DNA from: Patescibacteria group bacterium
GTDB taxonomy: Bacteria > Patescibacteriota > Saccharimonadia > CAILAD01 > BJGX01
NCBI GenBank assembly: GCA_026397045.1
Contig: JAPLVO010000010.1
Coordinates: forward strand, 15,858 to 79,857
Length of the DNA: 64,000 bases
Reading direction: 5' to 3'
A program made the translations under genes and the position numbers. A model generated the notes under the pieces. It searched no databases. It saw nothing but the letters and a program-made list of their open reading frames with translations, and was not told the origin of the DNA. Positions 58,825 to 64,000 of this stretch are shown piece after piece. Each line of letters opens with the position of its first letter. Within the stretch, counting starts at the first letter, position 1.

Positions 58825-60360
58825 ATGCAGCATGAAAAATTAGACGCCACAAAGTATAAAAAAACTAAGATTATAGCTACACTAGGGCCTGCAAGCCAAG
58901 AAAAGATTGGCGCATTGCTTGTTGCTGGAGTTAATGGAATAAGATTGAATTTTAGCCACAATACACATAAATGGCATTGCGATGTAGCACTCCGTGTGCG
59001 AAGTGAAGCCAAAAAGCTCGACAGGTCGGTAGCGATTATACAAGATTTGCCTGGTCCGAAAATGGTGCTTGGCAAGCTGCCAAGTGGTGGTATCGAAATT
59101 GCGGCTGGCCAAACTATAAAATTCAAGCACGGCGACGACAGCACTGAGGGTATCCTGCCGATACAATACGATTTTGCCGCCCAAGTAAAAAAAGGCGAAC
59201 GACTATTTTTAAGAGATGGCCAGATTCAAACCGAGATTACATCAGTAGAGAAAAAAGTAATTACAGCCAAAGCTCTTAACTCTGGAAAGATATTGAGTGG
59301 CCATGGCATTAATCTGCCAGACACAGTTTTTAAAAATGGTGTAATAAGCGAGAAAGACAAAAATGACCTGACTGTTACCCATAAGTTAGACGCTGATTAT
59401 GTTGCCGTTAGCTTTGTAAATAGGGCGCAGGATATCCATGATGTTCGCAATGAGCTAGCTAAGCATAAAGCCAACGCCAAGATTATCGCTAAAATTGAAA
59501 CAAAAGCTGCGGTCGAAAATCTCGAAGAAATAATTAAAGCTAGCGATGTAGTGATGATTGCGCGTGGGGATTTAGCAATCGAGGTAGGACCTGAACGAGT
59601 ACCAATTATTGGCAGAGAAATAATCCTGCTTTGTAGAAGGTATAAGAGGCCGGTAATTATGGCGACCCAAATGATGGAGAGCATGATAACAAGCTTAACT
59701 CCCAGTAGAGCCGAGGCCAACGATGTAGCCACCGCAGTTAGTCTTGGGGTTGATAGCTTGATGTTGTCTGGCGAGTCGGCTATCGGGCAATTCCCAGTCG
59801 AAACGGTAGCGATGATGAAAAAAATAATCTTGAGCGCTGAACAATATTTTGTCAATTCATCAGCCTCAATAGATCTATCAAGCGGCGATACAGATGTAGT
59901 TTCGGTAATTGAATCGAGCGGGGACAGTATGCTAAATAAAATAGGCCAAAAAACACGATTGGTATTCTCAAAGCAACCTAAACTATCACCAAATATTTCA
60001 TCGGAAGCAGCTCAGACCAGTGTTAGTTTTGCGGCAATAACTCTTGCCAACCAATTGAATGCAAAAGTAATTCTGGCAGAAACCCTTACTGGCTCCACAG
60101 CCCTAAGTATTTCTAGCCTTCGCCCTAATTGCCCGATTATAATAATTAGCCCGACTGCTAAGGTCTGTAATCAATGCTCTATTGTTTGGGGTGGTAAAAC
60201 ATTTTTGATTTCTAAATCTAAGAATCGTAAAGCTACGATTATAAGAAAGCTCAAAGACAGAAAAAGCATCAGTAAGGGGGACTGGGTGGTCGAAGCCTTT
60301 GGTCGCAATGAAGATGTTGCGGGTGGAACTGACACAGTAAGACTATTGGAGGTTGAATGA
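58825..60360 (+). CDS. pyk: Pyruvate kinase
   Basis: KIIATLGPAS, RLNFSHN, MIARGDLAIEVGPERVP and MLSGESA, plus a C-terminal regulatory domain. Confidence 0.85.
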   Translation: MQHEKLDATKYKKTKIIATLGPASQEKIGALLVAGVNGIRLNFSHNTHKWHCDVALRVRSEAKKLDRSVAIIQDLPGPKMVLGKLPSGGIEIAAGQTIKFKHGDDSTEGILPIQYDFAAQVKKGERLFLRDGQIQTEITSVEKKVITAKALNSGKILSGHGINLPDTVFKNGVISEKDKNDLTVTHKLDADYVAVSFVNRAQDIHDVRNELAKHKANAKIIAKIETKAAVENLEEIIKASDVVMIARGDLAIEVGPERVPIIGREIILLCRRYKRPVIMATQMMESMITSLTPSRAEANDVATAVSLGVDSLMLSGESAIGQFPVETVAMMKKIILSAEQYFVNSSASIDLSSGDTDVVSVIESSGDSMLNKIGQKTRLVFSKQPKLSPNISSEAAQTSVSFAAITLANQLNAKVILAETLTGSTALSISSLRPNCPIIIISPTAKVCNQCSIVWGGKTFLISKSKNRKATIIRKLKDRKSISKGDWVVEAFGRNEDVAGGTDTVRLLEVE

Positions 60361-61109
60361 AGAGAATTATAATCGGCAACTGGAAGATGAATCTGACTGC
60401 CAAGCAATCAGAAATATTAATAAACAGGCTAGTAGAAAACACCGAAAGGCCATCTGCAGATATCGTGCTTTGCCCTAACTTTGTCCAGCTTGCTAATATT
60501 AATATGTTACTCAAGGCGAAGCCGGGTAATAAATTTAAGCTTGGCGTACAAAATATCAATAATCATGACTTAGGAGCATTCACCGGTGAAGTCAGCGCCC
60601 CTATGATCAAGGGTTTAGCCAGCTATGCGATTGTAGGGCACTCCGAGAGGAGGGTTAACTTTGGTGAGACAGATGAGATGATATCAAAAAAGGTTTCAGC
60701 CTGTTTACGCAATAAAATAATCCCGATACTCTGTGTCGGCGAGAACTTACACGAAAGACAAGAGGGTTTAGCAAAGCGAACTGTCCTGGACCAGCTCGAG
60801 GAGGACCTATCCGAGATAACATCAGCCGAATCAGCCAAAATAGTGATTGCTTACGAGCCAGTATGGGCAATAGGTACTGGCAAAACAGCTAGTCCTTATG
60901 ATGTAGAGGATATGCTAGAGGGTATCTATCGGTACTTAGTTAACAAATATACTGAGCCTCGGGCAGACAAAATAAGCCTTCTTTATGGTGGCAGTATCAA
61001 TGCTGAAAATGCTAAGAGCTTCTTGGATCTGAATAAATCTGGAGGGTTATTGGTGGGCGGGGCCAGCCTCAACTATAAGGCTTTTAGTAGTATTTGCCAG
61101 CTGGGATAG
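60357..61109 (+). CDS. tpiA: Triosephosphate isomerase
   Basis: IIGNWKMN, VGHSERR, AYEPVWAIGTGKTA and YGGSI. Confidence 0.9.
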   Translation: MKRIIIGNWKMNLTAKQSEILINRLVENTERPSADIVLCPNFVQLANINMLLKAKPGNKFKLGVQNINNHDLGAFTGEVSAPMIKGLASYAIVGHSERRVNFGETDEMISKKVSACLRNKIIPILCVGENLHERQEGLAKRTVLDQLEEDLSEITSAESAKIVIAYEPVWAIGTGKTASPYDVEDMLEGIYRYLVNKYTEPRADKISLLYGGSINAENAKSFLDLNKSGGLLVGGASLNYKAFSSICQLG

Positions 61110-61179
61110 CTAGTGTGGCTGTTGGATGGTGGATGGTGGGCTATTTATGATAGTATACTAGTGTAAATAAGGAGCAGTA

Positions 61180-61707
61180 ATGACCGAACTTAGCTATGGC
61201 GAAAAGTCACCAGAAGTTGTTAATTTAGTAATAGAAATTCGTAAGGGCGAAAAAAATAAATATGAATATGACAAAGAAACTGGCCGGCTTTTTCTAGACA
61301 GAGTAAATGGCACAGCCCTGGGCTATCCTACTGATTATGGCTTCGTGCCAAACACTCTTTGTGATGATGGCGACCCACTAGACGGCTTACTAATAATAGA
61401 TGAGTCTGTACCACACGGCACCGTCGTGCCAGCCAGGCCTATTGGCGTTTTGTACATGATAGATGACGGCGAAGGTGACGAAAAGCTTATTTGTGTTGCG
61501 GCTGATGATGTCAGCAAAGACCACATCAAAGACCTAAGTGATCTAGGCGAAAACTTTCCAAAAGTAATAGAGCATTTTTATACTCACTACAAAGACTGGA
61601 AAAACAACTGGAGTGGGGTGAGCGTGAGCTTTAACGGCTGGGGAGACGCCCAGGCTGCCAAAAAAGTAATTGCCGAAAGTATTGCTAGCGCCAAAAAAAG
61701 TGGCTAA
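61180..61707 (+). CDS. ppa: Inorganic pyrophosphatase (family I)
   Basis: EIRKGEKNKYEYD, YPTDYGFVPNTLCDDGDPLDGLLI, plus the acidic metal-binding cluster. Confidence 0.85.
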   Translation: MTELSYGEKSPEVVNLVIEIRKGEKNKYEYDKETGRLFLDRVNGTALGYPTDYGFVPNTLCDDGDPLDGLLIIDESVPHGTVVPARPIGVLYMIDDGEGDEKLICVAADDVSKDHIKDLSDLGENFPKVIEHFYTHYKDWKNNWSGVSVSFNGWGDAQAAKKVIAESIASAKKSG

Positions 61708-61857
61708 TTAAATTTAAAGCCATAATTGAACATCCTAATGGTAGGGTGCTCACGATTGCCTTTTTTATTTTCGCCTCTCATCCTTTGGCACACCCTGGGA
61801 GAGTATTGGGAAATTTTATACTTATCATACCCAGGTATAAAGGTGTATCATATATAA

Positions 61858-63321
61858 ATGAATAAATTATTAGAAGGCTTAAACGACGCTCAAGTTGAAG
61901 CAGTAGTTAAGACCGATGGCCCAATATTGATGCTGGCTGGCGCTGGTAGCGGTAAAACTAAAACCCTAACCCATCGCATGGCCTATTTAATATCCGAAAA
62001 GAAAGTGCCACCATCATGCATCTTGGCAGTAACTTTTACCAATAAGGCAGCAGGCGAGATGCGCTCGAGGGTATCTAGGCTACTTGGGTTTGATGAGAAC
62101 GGAACTAACCCAATACCGTTTCTTGGTACCTTCCACTCGGTTGCTAATAAAATACTCAGGTATGAAGCCGATCGAATGGGCCTTGGGAGCAATTTTTTAA
62201 TATATGATTCTGGGGATTCACAGGCCTTAATCAAAAAAATCATGAAGTCCCTGCATATTGATGATAAGAGCATCACCCCCTCTGGTATAGGCTGGATGAT
62301 ATCCTCTGCTAAAAACGAATTAATAGGCCCAGAAAAGTATCGATCCACCACAACCAATCGTGCTGGCCTTATTGCCGCCGATGTATATCCTATTTACCAG
62401 AGAGAATTGCGCAAAGCAATGGCTTTTGATTTTGATGACCTTATAATGGAGCTAGTTAAATTGCTTCAAATCGAGCCCGATATACTCGAGAAATATCAGA
62501 AACAATTCCAGTACATATTGGTTGATGAATACCAGGACACTAACCACGCCCAGTACAAGCTTATTCAGCTGCTAGCCAAAAAACACAAAAACATTTGCGT
62601 TGTGGGCGACGACTGGCAGAGTATTTATTCTTGGCGCGGAGCAAACTACCAAAATATTCTAAATTTCGAGAAGGACTACCCATCCGTGAAGGTTATTAAG
62701 CTGGAGCAAAACTACCGATCCACTCAGATGATACTAGACGCCGCACATTCTGTGATTACTAAGAATATCTCGCGTAGCAGCAAGAAATTATGGACCGACT
62801 TAGGACTTGGCGACAAAGTCCATGTTGTTTCGACAATCGATGAGGTTAATGAAGGCAGAACAATTATTCAGACTATTGAAAGGCTAAGGAGCACGAACCC
62901 GAGTATGACTCTTAAAGATGTAGCGATTCTTTATCGAACTAATGCCCAGTCGCGAAGCCTAGAAGAAAGCTTGCTTCGCTATAATATACCCTATCAAGTT
63001 ATAGGAGGAACGAGGTTTTACGATAGGCGCGAAATAAAAGATATTTTGGCTTATATGAGAGTTATATTCCAGCCCAACGATACTGTTAGCTTGGCCAGAA
63101 TACTAAATGTACCAATCAGGGGAGTTGGAGCCAAGAGTTCATCTGCAATTATCGACTTCTTAGATAAAAACGAAGCCGATACAATCCAGACCTTGCGCCA
63201 ACCTGAGGACATACCGGGCCTTAGGGGCAAGGCCCTAGTAGAGATCCGCAATTTAGGAGTTATCCTAGATGATATTAGCAATAAGCCAGACCTAAATGCA
63301 TTCAAGTTATGGAGTCATTAA
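61858..63321 (+). CDS. uvrD: UvrD/PcrA-family DNA helicase, N-terminal portion. The reading frame is interrupted; see the next entry.
   Basis: Walker A LAGAGSGKTKTL. Motifs II-IV (YILVDEYQDTNHAQYKLI, VVGDDWQSIYSWRGA, LEQNYRST). The frame-1 ORF stops at TAA 63319-63321. Confidence 0.8.
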   Translation: MNKLLEGLNDAQVEAVVKTDGPILMLAGAGSGKTKTLTHRMAYLISEKKVPPSCILAVTFTNKAAGEMRSRVSRLLGFDENGTNPIPFLGTFHSVANKILRYEADRMGLGSNFLIYDSGDSQALIKKIMKSLHIDDKSITPSGIGWMISSAKNELIGPEKYRSTTTNRAGLIAADVYPIYQRELRKAMAFDFDDLIMELVKLLQIEPDILEKYQKQFQYILVDEYQDTNHAQYKLIQLLAKKHKNICVVGDDWQSIYSWRGANYQNILNFEKDYPSVKVIKLEQNYRSTQMILDAAHSVITKNISRSSKKLWTDLGLGDKVHVVSTIDEVNEGRTIIQTIERLRSTNPSMTLKDVAILYRTNAQSRSLEESLLRYNIPYQVIGGTRFYDRREIKDILAYMRVIFQPNDTVSLARILNVPIRGVGAKSSSAIIDFLDKNEADTIQTLRQPEDIPGLRGKALVEIRNLGVILDDISNKPDLNAFKLWSH

Positions 63322-64000
63322 TTGAAAGGATAGATTATATTAGCTATCTTCAGGATGGCTCCATATCGGCCGAGGATAGAGTGGAGAATGTTCAGGAACT
63401 ACTAGGGGTAGCTAAAAACTACGAGGATATGGACCTCGAAACCTTTCTGACTGAAGTCGCCTTGGTTTCAGACCTTGATTCGCTAGATAGAAATACCCAG
63501 AAGGTTAGCTTGATGACACTGCACGCAGCAAAAGGCCTAGAGTTTGATGTGGTGTTTATGGTCGGCATGGAAGAGGGTGTATTCCCACACGCCAGAAGCC
63601 TTTTTGAGCCGAGTGAACTAGAAGAAGAGCGCCGGCTCTGCTATGTGGGTATGACTCGCGCCAAGCAGCAGCTGTATATGATCCATGCATCATCTAGAAC
63701 ACTGTATGGCAAAACCCAGCACAATGTTCCCTCAAGGTTTATATCAGACATTCCAGAAGAAATCATCGAACAGCCGCTTGGGTCTGGTGCTACAAGTGCA
63801 AGAGGGCAGGTTGCCCGAGAGAGCTTTGATACTGACTTCCCAGACGATGTTAGCAGTGTCAATGTCGCGACAGGTGACAAGGTCATTCACCCCACATTTG
63901 GTGTCGGTGTAGTGGAGAGAATAGACGATCTAGAGGCAGCTATAAGGTTTGAAAAATCAGGACTCAAAAATTTAAATCTTCAATATGCCCCTCTCAGGAA
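63309..64000 (+). CDS. uvrD: UvrD/PcrA helicase C-terminal portion (domain 2A/2B continuation) in a different reading frame. 3'-partial at the window end.
   Basis: Manual translation of frame 0 from the ATG at 63309: MESLIERIDYISYLQDGS...VSLMTLHAAKGLEFDVVFMVGMEEGVFPHARS...RLCYVGMTRAKQQLYM, carrying helicase motifs V/VI. An upstream stop at 63282-63284 sits in this frame, and there is no stop before 64000. Confidence 0.7.
   Translation, partial: MESLIERIDYISYLQDGSISAEDRVENVQELLGVAKNYEDMDLETFLTEVALVSDLDSLDRNTQKVSLMTLHAAKGLEFDVVFMVGMEEGVFPHARSLFEPSELEEERRLCYVGMTRAKQQLYMIHASSRTLYGKTQHNVPSRFISDIPEEIIEQPLGSGATSARGQVARESFDTDFPDDVSSVNVATGDKVIHPTFGVGVVERIDDLEAAIRFEKSGLKNLNLQYAPLR

Overview
This window looks like a gene-dense chromosomal segment from a small-genome, host-dependent bacterium. 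The gene set is my reason for guessing Candidate Phyla Radiation or Saccharibacteria-like, and that guess is low confidence. The standard genetic code appears to be in use. About 90% of the window is coding, most of it housekeeping. Identifiable genes include lexA, tilS, ftsH, murJ, lepA, hrcA-grpE-dnaK-dnaJ, rimK, comEC, yebC-ruvC, ruvA-ruvB, tsaE-tsaB, rny-ymdB-hup, mgtE, pgk, eno, pyk, tpiA, ppa and a uvrD/pcrA helicase. It also carries a lipase, an AI-2E transporter, a small malic enzyme, a pyruvoyl-dependent arginine decarboxylase, two sortases, an ABC-2 exporter, an orphan 7TM sensor histidine kinase and a D-2-hydroxyacid dehydrogenase. I folded twelve tRNA genes by hand: three with a CAT anticodon, Lys-TTT, His, Arg-TCT, Gly-TCC, Arg-TCG, Lys-CTT, Pro-TGG and Glu-TTC. 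I found no CRISPR array, transposase, integrase or recognisable defence module. Anomalies seen directly in the sequence: (1) a perfect CIRCE operator pair at hrcA; (2) two tandem hairpins upstream of comEC whose stems differ but each still pairs, suggesting a structured RNA; (3) a perfect 32-nt inverted repeat forming the spacers of two divergent tRNA clusters; (4) an 18-bp direct repeat of the tRNA-Glu 3' end about 170 bp away, which looks like an att-site scar; (5) a uvrD helicase split by a frame change; (6) an enolase with a Pro-rich C-terminal extension of roughly 185 residues; (7) a surface protein with an in-frame (GGAACCAAT)x8 repeat encoding NGT sequons, collagen-like G-X-Y repeats and chitin-binding-like modules, next to a sortase; (8) a true rimK ortholog flanked by two stand-alone class-I glutamine amidotransferase-like genes; (9) a GAAC-N7-GAAC direct repeat in the lexA promoter. 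All functional calls rest on motif recognition in the supplied translations; I ran no database searches.
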